Of a stretch of DNA of 64,000 nucleotides, positions 1 to 9,293 are shown one piece after another. Positions within the stretch are counted from its first letter, which is position 1; the number at the start of each line of letters is the position of its first letter. The notes below the pieces were generated by a model. The model did no database searches. It was not told the origin of the DNA and saw nothing but the letters and a program-made list of their open reading frames with translations. The DNA is from Clostridiales bacterium (GTDB taxonomy: Bacteria; Bacillota; Desulfotomaculia; Desulfotomaculales; VENG01), in the NCBI GenBank assembly GCA_021736985.1, contig JAIPEW010000012.1, forward strand, positions 13,526 to 77,525, in the 5' to 3' direction. Position numbers and translations under genes: made by a program.

Positions 1-50
1 TTGCCCTATTGCTAAATAATAGGGCCGTTTGAGTCCACAAGAAGGAGGTG
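1..50 (+). promoter_or_regulatory. Probable S6:S18 ribosomal protein leader (partial, cut by the window start)
   Basis: Hairpin GCCCTATT-gcta-aat-AATAGGGC followed by CG, directly before the rpsF RBS, where this leader is normally found. Confidence 0.5.
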
Positions 51-56
51 AAGTAG

Positions 57-344
57 ATGCGTGAGTATGAGCTGCTTTATATTTTAAAACCTGACTTAGA
101 CGAGGATAATGTTAGTGCGGTAATTGAAAAGTTCAAGGGTATTATTGAGAATAATGAAGGTGAAGTAACTAACACTGAAAAATGGGGCAAAAGAAAACTG
201 GCATATGAAATTAACGATTATAGTGAAGGAATATATGTGCTAAAGCACTTTAAATCTTCTTACCAGGTTGCCCAGGAATTAGATCGCAGGTTTAAGTTGA
301 GCGAAGAATCAATTCGCCACATGATTATAAAAAAAGAAAATTAA
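57..344 (+). CDS. rpsF: 30S ribosomal protein S6
   Basis: MREYELLYILKPDL...WGKRKLAYEI motif; rpsF-ssb-rpsR order. Confidence 0.98.
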   Translation: MREYELLYILKPDLDEDNVSAVIEKFKGIIENNEGEVTNTEKWGKRKLAYEINDYSEGIYVLKHFKSSYQVAQELDRRFKLSEESIRHMIIKKEN

Positions 345-376
345 TACCACGGTTGTGGATATATTGAACCAGGGCG

Positions 377-820
377 GTGAAAATTTTGCTAAACCGCATA
401 ATTTTAATAGGTCGGCTTACCCGGGACCCTGAATTAAGGCACACTACAAATGGTACCCCGGTAGCCAATTTTACCCTGGCTGTTAACCGGGATTTTAACA
501 ATCGCCAGGGCGAAAAAGATGCAGATTTTATTAATATAGTTGTTTGGCGAAAACAAGCAGAAAATGTTGCTAACTACATGTCTAAGGGAAAACTTGTAGC
601 TGTTGAAGGAAGATTGCAAATACGTTCTTATGATGACAGCCAGGGTATACGCCGTAAAGCCGCAGAAGTTATAGCTAACAATGTGAAGTTTTTAGATAAG
701 ATGTCCGGTGGGGAGAAAACTGAAAATCCTTTTGATTCCGGCAGCAGTGAAAGTACTTCCAATGACTTTGATAATTTTGGTAGTGAAATAAGTTTTAATG
801 AAGATGATGTTCCGTTTTAA
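377..820 (+). CDS. ssb: Single-stranded DNA-binding protein (true start may be TTG 386)
   Basis: NRIILIGRLTRDPELR, acidic C-terminal DDVPF tail. Confidence 0.98.
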   Translation: MKILLNRIILIGRLTRDPELRHTTNGTPVANFTLAVNRDFNNRQGEKDADFINIVVWRKQAENVANYMSKGKLVAVEGRLQIRSYDDSQGIRRKAAEVIANNVKFLDKMSGGEKTENPFDSGSSESTSNDFDNFGSEISFNEDDVPF

Positions 821-832
821 GGAGGGTATTCT

Positions 833-1060
833 ATGAAACGTGATAAAAGACGCGGTAAAAAAAAGGTCTGTAATTTTTGTGTGGATAAAATAGATAATAT
901 TGATTATAAAGATGTGCATCGTCTGAAAAAATACGTTACTGAGCGGGGAAAAATTCTCCCCAGGAGAATTTCAGGAAATTGCGCTTATCATCAAAGACAG
1001 CTTACCAAAGCAATAAAAAGGTCTAGAAATATGGCTTTACTTCCTTTTTCCGTAGAATAA
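833..1060 (+). CDS. rpsR: 30S ribosomal protein S18 (Zn-ligand-containing form)
   Basis: CNFC...IDYKD...[19 protein letters not shown]. Confidence 0.98.
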   Translation: MKRDKRRGKKKVCNFCVDKIDNIDYKDVHRLKKYVTERGKILPRRISGNCAYHQRQLTKAIKRSRNMALLPFSVE

Positions 1061-1076
1061 AATGTTATAATTAAAT

Positions 1077-1109
1077 AAAAAAGGAGCGCTTGTAAAGCGT
1101 TCCTTTTTT
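1077..1109 (+). terminator. Intrinsic terminator after rpsR
   Basis: AAGGAGCGCTT-gta-AAGCGTTCCTT plus T-tract. Confidence 0.8.
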
Positions 1110-1202
1110 AGTAATAAATTACTTGAATATAAAAGAAGGAAAAACATGTTGGCTAACGAATTACCATATTTATACAATATATTGGTAAGGAGGCCTTTTT
1201 TT

Positions 1203-1520
1203 ATGTTTCCAGCAAACAAAGAACCTGGAATTGCAAGAAATATAAAGGTTGTTGAATGGTTAAAAGCTGATTTCCTGGCCTCTGTTTCATCTTTGTTTAA
1301 ATCTATGCTCCATGGTAGTGAAGAAAAATTAGTGGATGCCCTGGCTAGTATGGTATTAACCTGTTATGTTTTAGGTAGACGATTGGGCATAACTTTTTCC
1401 CGCCTTGATTTAAGAGTGGAAGCCAAATTGCGCCAGGGTATAGAAGAAAATCATGAGGTAGAAGAATGGTATAATGATTTATCCAGCTTGTTAAATTACA
1501 TGGTGGAAAGAAAGAGGTGA
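1203..1520 (+). CDS. MazG-like family protein
   Basis: ATG 1203 follows AGGAGG; NIKVVEWLKA...LGRRLGI signature; usual clostridial position after rpsR. Confidence 0.75.
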   Translation: MFPANKEPGIARNIKVVEWLKADFLASVSSLFKSMLHGSEEKLVDALASMVLTCYVLGRRLGITFSRLDLRVEAKLRQGIEENHEVEEWYNDLSSLLNYMVERKR

Positions 1521-1524
1521 TCTC

Positions 1525-2490
1525 TTGCTATCATATATTAATAAACATCCTGTTTCACACTTCATATGGTTAACAGCTGTTGAGATCATCCTTGCTCTGG
1601 CCATGATATATGTTTTCCCACTTCAATATTTATTTATGGTGATATTTCCGTTACCTGTAGCATTAATGGTGCGTAAATATCATTTAAACCTGGCTGTTTT
1701 AGTATTGATAGGGATAGCACTTCTTATGTGTTTAATGACAGGCAATGTTTTAAATATTATTTCTTCTATAATACAATACGGAATAATAGGACTGGCAATA
1801 GGACTTTTATATAAAAATCATGTATCACCGCTGCAAAGTTTAACAATGTTAATTCTCCTTTCCATAATTACAACAATTTTTATATTTATAATTATGTATA
1901 TAAATAGCGGTATTAGTCCTTTTCATATAGGAAAAGAATATTTTGCTGGAGTTAAAGAGGTAAGTAGATGGTATCGTGAATTAAACTTATTAAATGCAGA
2001 AGAGCAAAAACAATTACTAAAGCAATTAAAGAATATCATAAACTTGTTTATAATATTAATGCCGGGTACTACTATTATTGGAACAATAATAACGTGTTTT
2101 TTAAGTTATGTATTAACAGGCAGAATATTTAAGAGAATGGGGTATAAAATAAATAAATTACCACCTTTTAGTACATGGCAATGTTCCTGGCAAATAATAT
2201 GGGGATTGATAGCAGGACTTTCCCTTCTTTTGCTGGGAGACGAGTTTGGGTTAGCCTGGATGAGTAATACAGGTAAAAATATATTATATGTACTATCTTT
2301 TATATTTACGATTTTAGGAATATCAGTATTGGTTTATGTTTTAAAAAAATGGAAAGCAAGAGCGATCTTTAAAGTATTTTTATTAGTTATAATGTTATTA
2401 TACTGGCCATTTACTTTAAGTTTTGTAATGAGTTTGGGTTTGCTTGATTCTGTAATAAACCTGCGAAGGAAGCAAAAGAAAAAAGAGTAG
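1525..2490 (+). CDS. YybS/DUF2232 family membrane protein
   Basis: Multi-TM protein, PPFSTW and LGLLDSVINLR motifs, upstream of rplI. Confidence 0.85.
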   Translation: MLSYINKHPVSHFIWLTAVEIILALAMIYVFPLQYLFMVIFPLPVALMVRKYHLNLAVLVLIGIALLMCLMTGNVLNIISSIIQYGIIGLAIGLLYKNHVSPLQSLTMLILLSIITTIFIFIIMYINSGISPFHIGKEYFAGVKEVSRWYRELNLLNAEEQKQLLKQLKNIINLFIILMPGTTIIGTIITCFLSYVLTGRIFKRMGYKINKLPPFSTWQCSWQIIWGLIAGLSLLLLGDEFGLAWMSNTGKNILYVLSFIFTILGISVLVYVLKKWKARAIFKVFLLVIMLLYWPFTLSFVMSLGLLDSVINLRRKQKKKE

Positions 2491-2503
2491 GGAGGTTGTA
2501 CTA

Positions 2504-2950
2504 ATGAAAGTAATTTTGCTTGACGAAGTAAAAAAACTGGGCCAAAAAGGTGATGTTGTAAATGTTGCTGATGGATATGCAAGAAATTACTTAATGCCAA
2601 AAGGTCTGGCATCAGAAGCAACAAAAGATAAAATTAATGAATTAGAATATGAAAAGGAAATAGAAGCTGAAAAACGGGCAAAAGAAGAAGAACAGGCTCG
2701 TGAGTTAGCAGAAAAGATTGAGAATATAAAAGTTACATTGTCTGTTAAAGTTGGAGAAGCAGGTAAGTTATTTGGCGCTGTTAGCAATAAGGATATAGCT
2801 GATGTATTAAATAAAAAGCATAACTTAGGGTTGGATAAAAAGAAAATTGTATTGAAAGATCCAATTAAGGCCTTGGGTGATTATAATTTAACAGTAAAGC
2901 TTCATCCTAATGTGCAGGCCAATCTCAATGTGCAAATTTTAAAAGAATAA
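2504..2950 (+). CDS. rplI: 50S ribosomal protein L9
   Basis: MKVILL...GYARNYLMPKG. Confidence 0.98.
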   Translation: MKVILLDEVKKLGQKGDVVNVADGYARNYLMPKGLASEATKDKINELEYEKEIEAEKRAKEEEQARELAEKIENIKVTLSVKVGEAGKLFGAVSNKDIADVLNKKHNLGLDKKKIVLKDPIKALGDYNLTVKLHPNVQANLNVQILKE

Positions 2951-2968
2951 AAGGTGGTATGAATTACT

Positions 2969-4318
2969 TTGACCGACAATAATCTCCTGGAAAAAATACC
3001 TCCACATAACATTGATGCTGAACAATCTGTATTAGGATCACTGCTTATAGATCCTAATACAGTTAATCAGTTGGCTAGATTTTTAAAGGCTGAAGATTTT
3101 TACATGGAAGCACATAAAATAATTTATGATGCTATTCTAGAACTTGATGAGGCAGGTGAGGCAATAGACTTTCTTACTGTAACAGAAAGTCTAAAGGTAA
3201 AGGGTGACCTGGAAAAGGTAGGAGGTGCGGCATTTCTTGCGTCGTTGGCTGAATCTGTGCCAACAGCTGTGCATGCAGAATATTACGGCCATATAGTTGA
3301 AGAGAAATCTCTGCTTCGGAGTATAATTAATATAGCTACCCGTATTTCAGTGCTGGGTTACAGGGAAAGTGAAAATGCAGAAAGTTTGATGCATGAAGCG
3401 GAGCAAATGATAAACGAACTGGGTAATAGACGTGCATCCAGTGTTTTAAAGTCTTTACGGGAAATATTAATAGACAGTTTTGAAAATTTACAGAATACAT
3501 ATGAACATCAAAGCGGTAAAATTACCGGGGTACCATCTGGCTTTATAGATTTGGATAACATGTGTTCAGGGCTACAAAACGGCGAGTTGATTATAGTTGC
3601 TGCCAGGCCTTCCATGGGGAAAACCAGTTTTGGTATGCAAATAGCATATAATTGTGCTCAAGAATTACAAAAAAAAGTTGCTGTATTTAGTCTTGAAATG
3701 TCGAAAGAACAGCTTGTCCAGCGTGTACTCTGTGCTGAAGCAGGTGTTGACCAGCAGCGGTTAAGAACAGGCCGTATATCAGAAGATGATTGGAGTCTTC
3801 TAATTTCTCAAGGGAAAAAGATGGCAAATGTTCCTTTATATATAGATGATTCAGCAGTTCTAACAGCTAGAGAAATAAGAGCTAAAGCTAGGAGATTGCA
3901 TTCAGAAACAGGTCTTTCGCTAATAGTTATTGATTATTTACAGCTTATGCAAAGCGGGCGCAGGGTGGAAAACAGGCAGCAGGAAATTGCTGATATTTCA
4001 CGGTCTTTAAAAGGGCTGGCCAAGGAACTTGATGTGCCTGTTTTAGCCATGGCCCAGTTAAGCCGTTCTGTGGAGCAGCGCCAGGATAAGAGGCCTATTA
4101 TGTCGGACTTGAGAGAAAGTGGAAGTTTGGAGCAGGATGCTGATGTTGTGATGTTTATTTACCGGGATGATTATTATAACGAGGACAGTGATAAGAAAGG
4201 GATAGCCGAAATAATAATGGGTAAGCAGCGAAACGGGCCCGTAGGAATCGTTGAGCTGGCATTTGTTAAAGAATTTACAAAGTTTTTAAATTTATCCAAA
4301 CAGGAAGAGCAGGTCTAA
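2969..4318 (+). CDS. dnaB: Replicative DNA helicase
   Basis: PPHNIDAEQSVLG, AARPSMGKT, DLRESGSLEQDAD. Confidence 0.98.
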   Translation: MTDNNLLEKIPPHNIDAEQSVLGSLLIDPNTVNQLARFLKAEDFYMEAHKIIYDAILELDEAGEAIDFLTVTESLKVKGDLEKVGGAAFLASLAESVPTAVHAEYYGHIVEEKSLLRSIINIATRISVLGYRESENAESLMHEAEQMINELGNRRASSVLKSLREILIDSFENLQNTYEHQSGKITGVPSGFIDLDNMCSGLQNGELIIVAARPSMGKTSFGMQIAYNCAQELQKKVAVFSLEMSKEQLVQRVLCAEAGVDQQRLRTGRISEDDWSLLISQGKKMANVPLYIDDSAVLTAREIRAKARRLHSETGLSLIVIDYLQLMQSGRRVENRQQEIADISRSLKGLAKELDVPVLAMAQLSRSVEQRQDKRPIMSDLRESGSLEQDADVVMFIYRDDYYNEDSDKKGIAEIIMGKQRNGPVGIVELAFVKEFTKFLNLSKQEEQV

Positions 4319-4531
4319 AAAGTATAATAGTATTATTGTTTTAGAATTTGACATTCATTTTTATGTTTGATAATATAATAATTGGTTTAAAGTAGGTTTC
4401 ATGTGTAGTTTAAAGGAGTGTCACCCCCTGGTAAATTATATAAACTTAATTGATTAACTCAAATACAAACTCCAGTAGTTAGAGGAGTTATATTTGAGTT
4501 ATTTTTGTGGGGTTATAGGAGGGAATGTGAA

Positions 4532-5920
4532 GTGAGTGACAGGTATGATGTTATAGTTGTCGGCTCCGGGCCTGCAGGGATTTTTTCAGTACTTGAGTTA
4601 GTAAAGAATAACAGTAATTTAAAAATACTAATGCTGGAAAAAGGACAGGATATTAATAAACGAGCTTGTCCGGTCCAGGGAAGTTCTGAAGGTTGCAAAA
4701 GATGTAATCCCTGTTCAGTAGTTTGTGGTTGGGGAGGCGCTGGTGCTTTTAGTGATGGGAAACTTACTCTTTCTACTGAAATAGGCGGCAGTTTAGAAGA
4801 GTATATAGGTGAAAATAAGCTGAAAGAGATGATAGAATATATAGATAAAGTTTACCTTGATTTTGGTGCTCCTCAAGAGCTTCACGGTCTGGGTAATGAA
4901 GAGGAAGTAAAAGATTTCCAGGAGCGTGCAGTTAAAAGTGAGCTCAAGTTAATACCAGTAGCAATACGTCACCTGGGAACCGGACGCTGCAAAGAAATAT
5001 TGGAAAATATGTACAAATATTTAATATCCCGGGGAGTAGAGGTACGTACTAAAGTTGCAGTAGATTCGTTGATAGTTGAAGACGAAGAGGTAAAAGGTAT
5101 AAAAACAAATAATAATGAAATCATTTATGGAAAAAATGTAATAATAGCTCCAGGAAGAGAAGGGGCGCAGTGGCTGGCCCGGCAGATTCAAACCTTGAAC
5201 TTAAATACTGTAATCAACCCGGTGGATATAGGAGTACGGGTAGAACTGCCTGCAAAAGTTATGGAAAAGTTGACCCAGGTATTTTACGAAGCTAAGTTAA
5301 TATATTATTCTAAAGCTTTTGATGACAGGGTAAGGACATTTTGTATGAATCCTTACGGTGAAGTCGTCATGGAAAATAACGATGGTTTGGTTACTGTTAA
5401 TGGTCACAGTCATGCCTATAAGAAAACAGAAAATACTAACTTTGCAGTTTTGGTTAGCAAGACTTTTACTGAACCTTTTAAAGAACCAATAGCTTATGGA
5501 AAATATATTGCCAGTCTGGCTAACTTGCTTGGTGATGGTGTTATTGTTCAGCGTTTAGGAGATTTAATTACTGGACAAAGGACAACCAAAGCCAGGATGA
5601 GTAAATGCCTTGTTAGACCTACTTTAACCAAGGCTACACCGGGCGATTTGAGCTTAGTATTTCCCTACCGCCACCTGGTGGCGGTAGTAGAAATGCTAAA
5701 AGCACTAGATGAAGTAGCTCCAGGAGTATACTCCAGGTATACCCTGCTTTACGGTGTGGAAGTGAAGTTTTATTCTTCACGGCTGTCGTTAAGCAATTCA
5801 TTGGAAACAGAAATAAAAAACCTTTATGCGGTTGGCGACGGTGCAGGGGTAACCAGGGGGTTAGCACAGGCATCATCTGCCGGTGTAATTGCTGCCCGGG
5901 AAATACTCAACAGGCTTTAA
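4532..5920 (+). CDS. NAD(P)/FAD-dependent oxidoreductase (uncharacterised FAD-dependent dehydrogenase family)
   Basis: GSGPAG Rossmann motif, GGAGAFSDGKL, RTFCMNPYG; GTG 4532 after AGGAGG. Confidence 0.8.
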   Translation: MSDRYDVIVVGSGPAGIFSVLELVKNNSNLKILMLEKGQDINKRACPVQGSSEGCKRCNPCSVVCGWGGAGAFSDGKLTLSTEIGGSLEEYIGENKLKEMIEYIDKVYLDFGAPQELHGLGNEEEVKDFQERAVKSELKLIPVAIRHLGTGRCKEILENMYKYLISRGVEVRTKVAVDSLIVEDEEVKGIKTNNNEIIYGKNVIIAPGREGAQWLARQIQTLNLNTVINPVDIGVRVELPAKVMEKLTQVFYEAKLIYYSKAFDDRVRTFCMNPYGEVVMENNDGLVTVNGHSHAYKKTENTNFAVLVSKTFTEPFKEPIAYGKYIASLANLLGDGVIVQRLGDLITGQRTTKARMSKCLVRPTLTKATPGDLSLVFPYRHLVAVVEMLKALDEVAPGVYSRYTLLYGVEVKFYSSRLSLSNSLETEIKNLYAVGDGAGVTRGLAQASSAGVIAAREILNRL

Positions 5921-5930
5921 GGAGGTATAT

Positions 5931-7214
5931 ATGTCTACTGTAGTTTTGATTGGTGCCCAATGGGGTGATGAGGGGAAAGGGAAGGTCACTGACTATTTAG
6001 CAGAAAAAGCAGAGATTGTTGTACGTTATGCAGGTGGAAATAATGCCGGGCATACTGTGGTTGTTGGTGATCAGACGTTTCAATTGCACCTTATACCTTC
6101 GGGTATTTTGTATGCGGACAAGCCTTGTATTGTAGGAAACGGCACGGTAATTGACCCAGAAGTTTTGCTTGATGAATTGGAAGGATTAAAAAATAGGGGG
6201 ATAAGCATTAAAAATTTGCGTATAAGTCCCAAAGCGCATGTTATTATGCCTTATCACCGTATTATTGATGCCGCTGATGAAAAAAGCAAAGGCACTAAAA
6301 AAATAGGGACTACGGGACGCGGCATAGGTCCGGCTTATTCTGACAAAGCTTCTCGTGTTGGAATTCGTGTTACGGATTTGATCGACGAGGAAAATTTTCC
6401 ATTGTTGTTGAAAGGTGCCTTAGAGGAAAAAAATAGATTATTGAGAGATTACTACGGTATTCCAGAGATGGATTATAATACAATACTCAAAGATTATCAA
6501 AAATATGCTGCAGATTTGAAGCAATATGTTGAAGATATCTCTGTATTAGTAGAAGAAGCTATTAAAGAGGATAAAAATATTCTTTTTGAAGGTGCGCAGG
6601 GTACACTTTTAGACCTGGATCACGGAACTTATCCTTATGTTACTTCCAGTCACCCGATTGCTGCCTCAGCATGTTTGGGAACTGGAATAGGACCTACAAG
6701 AATTAACAGAGTTGCAGGAGTTGCTAAGGCTTATGTGACGAGGGTTGGCAGCGGTCCCTTCCCTACTGAACTATTTGATAATACTGGGGATTATATTCGT
6801 AAGCAGGGGCATGAGTATGGGACAACTACTGGACGCCCGCGGCGCTGTGGGTGGTTTGATGCAGTAGTAGCCCGTTATTCGGCACGTGTAAACGGGTTGG
6901 ATTACCTGGCTGTTACAAAACTGGATGTCTTAACCGGCTTAGATACTATAAAAATATGTACCGGTTACAAGTATAGGGGCGAGGTAATTTCTGAATTCCC
7001 GTGTGGGCGTGATGCACTAAAAGACTGCGAACCCTGTTACGAGGAATTCTCGGGATGGAAAGATGATATTTCCCTGGTACGCAATTACCAGGAGCTTCCT
7101 GATAACGCAAAAAAATACTTGGAGCGTGTAAGTGAAGTTTCCGGTGTGCCAGTAGGTATAATAGGTGTGGGCCCTAAGAGAGACCAGACCATTATTTTAA
7201 AAGAAATGTATTAA
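5931..7214 (+). CDS. purA: Adenylosuccinate synthetase
   Basis: GAQWGDEGKGK, GTTTGRPRRCGW; ATG 5931 after GGAGG. Confidence 0.98.
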   Translation: MSTVVLIGAQWGDEGKGKVTDYLAEKAEIVVRYAGGNNAGHTVVVGDQTFQLHLIPSGILYADKPCIVGNGTVIDPEVLLDELEGLKNRGISIKNLRISPKAHVIMPYHRIIDAADEKSKGTKKIGTTGRGIGPAYSDKASRVGIRVTDLIDEENFPLLLKGALEEKNRLLRDYYGIPEMDYNTILKDYQKYAADLKQYVEDISVLVEEAIKEDKNILFEGAQGTLLDLDHGTYPYVTSSHPIAASACLGTGIGPTRINRVAGVAKAYVTRVGSGPFPTELFDNTGDYIRKQGHEYGTTTGRPRRCGWFDAVVARYSARVNGLDYLAVTKLDVLTGLDTIKICTGYKYRGEVISEFPCGRDALKDCEPCYEEFSGWKDDISLVRNYQELPDNAKKYLERVSEVSGVPVGIIGVGPKRDQTIILKEMY

Positions 7215-7322
7215 AAGTTAAAACTATGTACACCTTCTAATTTCAGTTAATGTTTTATACTAAAATAAGGACCGGGATAGTCCCCGGTCCTAAAAATTTT
7301 TTTATTATATATTAATAAAATA

Positions 7323-7351
7323 TTGACTCGGAAGTTAACTTGTTGTAATAT
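7323..7351 (+). promoter_or_regulatory. Sigma-A promoter of the tRNA pair
   Basis: TTGACT-17 bp-TAATAT, 30 bp upstream of tRNA-Lys. Confidence 0.7.
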
Positions 7352-7380
7352 ATCAAAGTGCGATTAATGAAAAACACATT

Positions 7381-7456
7381 GAGCCATTAGCTCAGTCGGA
7401 AGAGCACCTGACTTTTAATCAGGGTGTCCCAGGTTCGAGCCCTGGATGGCTCACCA
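7381..7456 (+). tRNA. tRNA-Lys(TTT)
   Basis: Cloverleaf, anticodon arm CCTGA-CTTTTAA-TCAGG, GGTTCGAG T-loop, encoded CCA. Confidence 0.97.
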
Positions 7457-7460
7457 GTAT

Positions 7461-7536
7461 GGCCCCATGGTCAAGTGGTTTAAGACACCGCCCTTTCACG
7501 GCGGTAACGCGGGTTCGAATCCCGCTGGGGTCACCA
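7461..7536 (+). tRNA. tRNA-Glu(TTC)
   Basis: Anticodon arm CCGCC-CTTTCAC-GGCGG, GGTTCGAATCC, encoded CCA. Confidence 0.97.
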
Positions 7537-7720
7537 TATATAATTTAAGCCCTGTATTTTATGCAGGGCTTAAATTATATATATGGTGATTATACAAAAC
7601 ATCTAGACGTTTTTGATAAAATATTTATAAAAACTTATTGCATAATTGGAAGCTCAATTCTATAATCATGTAGTGGAAAATTTTTTAAAATGTTAAAGAT
7701 TATATAAGGGGGAAGTTGTA

Positions 7721-7870
7721 TTGGCTAAACACATAAAAACGCTAAATAAAGGATGTTTGCAGAAGCGGGTTGAAAAAACTGGATGTGGGGAATGTCCTAC
7801 CTCATGCCAGTCTGCATGTAAAACTTCTTGTACAGTTGGCAATCAAGCATGCATTAATAATAACAGGTAA
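7721..7870 (+). CDS. scfA: SCIFF (six-cysteine ranthipeptide) precursor, 49 aa, absent from the ORF track
   Basis: MAKHIKTLNKGCLQKRVEKTGCGECPTSCQSACKTSCTVGNQACINNNR; directly upstream of the radical SAM maturase. Confidence 0.95.
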   Translation: MAKHIKTLNKGCLQKRVEKTGCGECPTSCQSACKTSCTVGNQACINNNR

Positions 7871-7875
7871 TTATA

Positions 7876-7909
7876 TACCTTGTCCCGGAAGGGATGAGGT
7901 CTTTTTTTT
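7876..7909 (+). terminator. Hairpin and T-tract between scfA and scfB
   Basis: ACCTTGTCCC-ggaa-GGGATGAGGT followed by a T-run. Confidence 0.6.
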
Positions 7910-7927
7910 ACGAGGGAGGTTATAATA

Positions 7928-9289
7928 ATGATACACCAATTTACTTTTGACGGCATAAATATTGTATTAGACGTGCATAGTGGAAGTTTGCACATGGTGG
8001 ACGAATTAACAAGTAAAATATTGGAGTTATATCCTGTTCATAATGAGAATATTATAAAAGAAAAATTAAGTTGTTATTATGATGTAGAACAAATTGATGA
8101 ATCAATTGAAGAAATAAAAGAGCTTATGGATGCCGGGACTTTGTTTTGCTGCGATGAAGTAGGCCCTACCTTTAGCCCGGAGGATAATACAATTATAAAA
8201 GCTATGTGCCTTCATTTAGCACATGATTGTAATTTGCGCTGTCGTTATTGTTTTGCAGGCCAGGGCCCGTTTGGTATGGATCGCACAATCATGTCCTACG
8301 ATGTGGGTAAAAAGGCACTTGATTTTTTAATGGAAGCCTCTGGTTCGAGAAAGCATATAGAAGTTGATTTTTTTGGTGGAGAGCCGCTGTTAAATTTTGA
8401 GGTAATGAAACAATTAGTAGAATACGGGAATAGCATAGCCTATAAATATGGAAAAAAAGTAAAATACACTGTAACTACTAACTGTGTTCTTTTAAAAGGC
8501 GAAATAAAAGAATTTATTGGACAAAAAGGGATGGATATTGTATTAAGCCTGGATGGTCGTCCCGAAGTCCAGAATTCTATGCGCCCGTTTATTAGTGGAA
8601 GAGGCAGTTATGATATTGTCTCCAAAAATATTGTAAATTTCCTTAATGATTATAATAACTTGACTTATTATGTACGCGGAACTTTTACCAGGCACAATTT
8701 AGATTTTGCTTCAGACGTAATGCATATGGCTGAGTTGGGACTAGAAAGTCTTTCAGTTGAGCCGGTAGTTGGAGGTTTTGGTGAAGACTATGCCCTGCAA
8801 GAAGAAGATTTGCCTCAAATATATACTGAGTACGAAAGATTGACCCGAAAATTACTTGAAATAAGGCGCAAAGGCAGTAAAGTGCGTTTTTTCCATTTTA
8901 ATGTTCCTTTGGACGGTGGTCCTTGTTTAAAAAAACGTTTATCTAACTGCGGTGCTGGGAATGAATATGTTGCTGTTACTCCACAGGGAGAAATTTACCC
9001 TTGCCACCAGTTTGTAGGAAAGCATGATTTTAAGCTCGGAGATATAAGTAGCGGCATATTAAACAAGGACATAATGAATTATTTTCGTAATGCTCATGTT
9101 TATAATAAAGAAAATTGTCCTGATTGCTGGGCAAAATTTTTCTGCAGCGGCGGGTGTCATGCCAATGCATATGAAGAAAATAATACTATATATAAACCGC
9201 ACAGTATGGGTTGTAAATTAATGAAAAAAAGGTTGGAGTGCGCACTTTACTTGAAAGTAAGAGAAATGTTAGATAAACAGCGGGGGTGA
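7928..9289 (+). CDS. scfB: Thioether cross-link-forming SCIFF radical SAM/SPASM maturase
   Basis: CNLRCRYC motif, FFGGEP, SPASM CGAG...YPCHQF...CPDCWAKFFCSGGC. Confidence 0.95.
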   Translation: MIHQFTFDGINIVLDVHSGSLHMVDELTSKILELYPVHNENIIKEKLSCYYDVEQIDESIEEIKELMDAGTLFCCDEVGPTFSPEDNTIIKAMCLHLAHDCNLRCRYCFAGQGPFGMDRTIMSYDVGKKALDFLMEASGSRKHIEVDFFGGEPLLNFEVMKQLVEYGNSIAYKYGKKVKYTVTTNCVLLKGEIKEFIGQKGMDIVLSLDGRPEVQNSMRPFISGRGSYDIVSKNIVNFLNDYNNLTYYVRGTFTRHNLDFASDVMHMAELGLESLSVEPVVGGFGEDYALQEEDLPQIYTEYERLTRKLLEIRRKGSKVRFFHFNVPLDGGPCLKKRLSNCGAGNEYVAVTPQGEIYPCHQFVGKHDFKLGDISSGILNKDIMNYFRNAHVYNKENCPDCWAKFFCSGGCHANAYEENNTIYKPHSMGCKLMKKRLECALYLKVREMLDKQRG

Positions 9290-9293
9290 GTTT

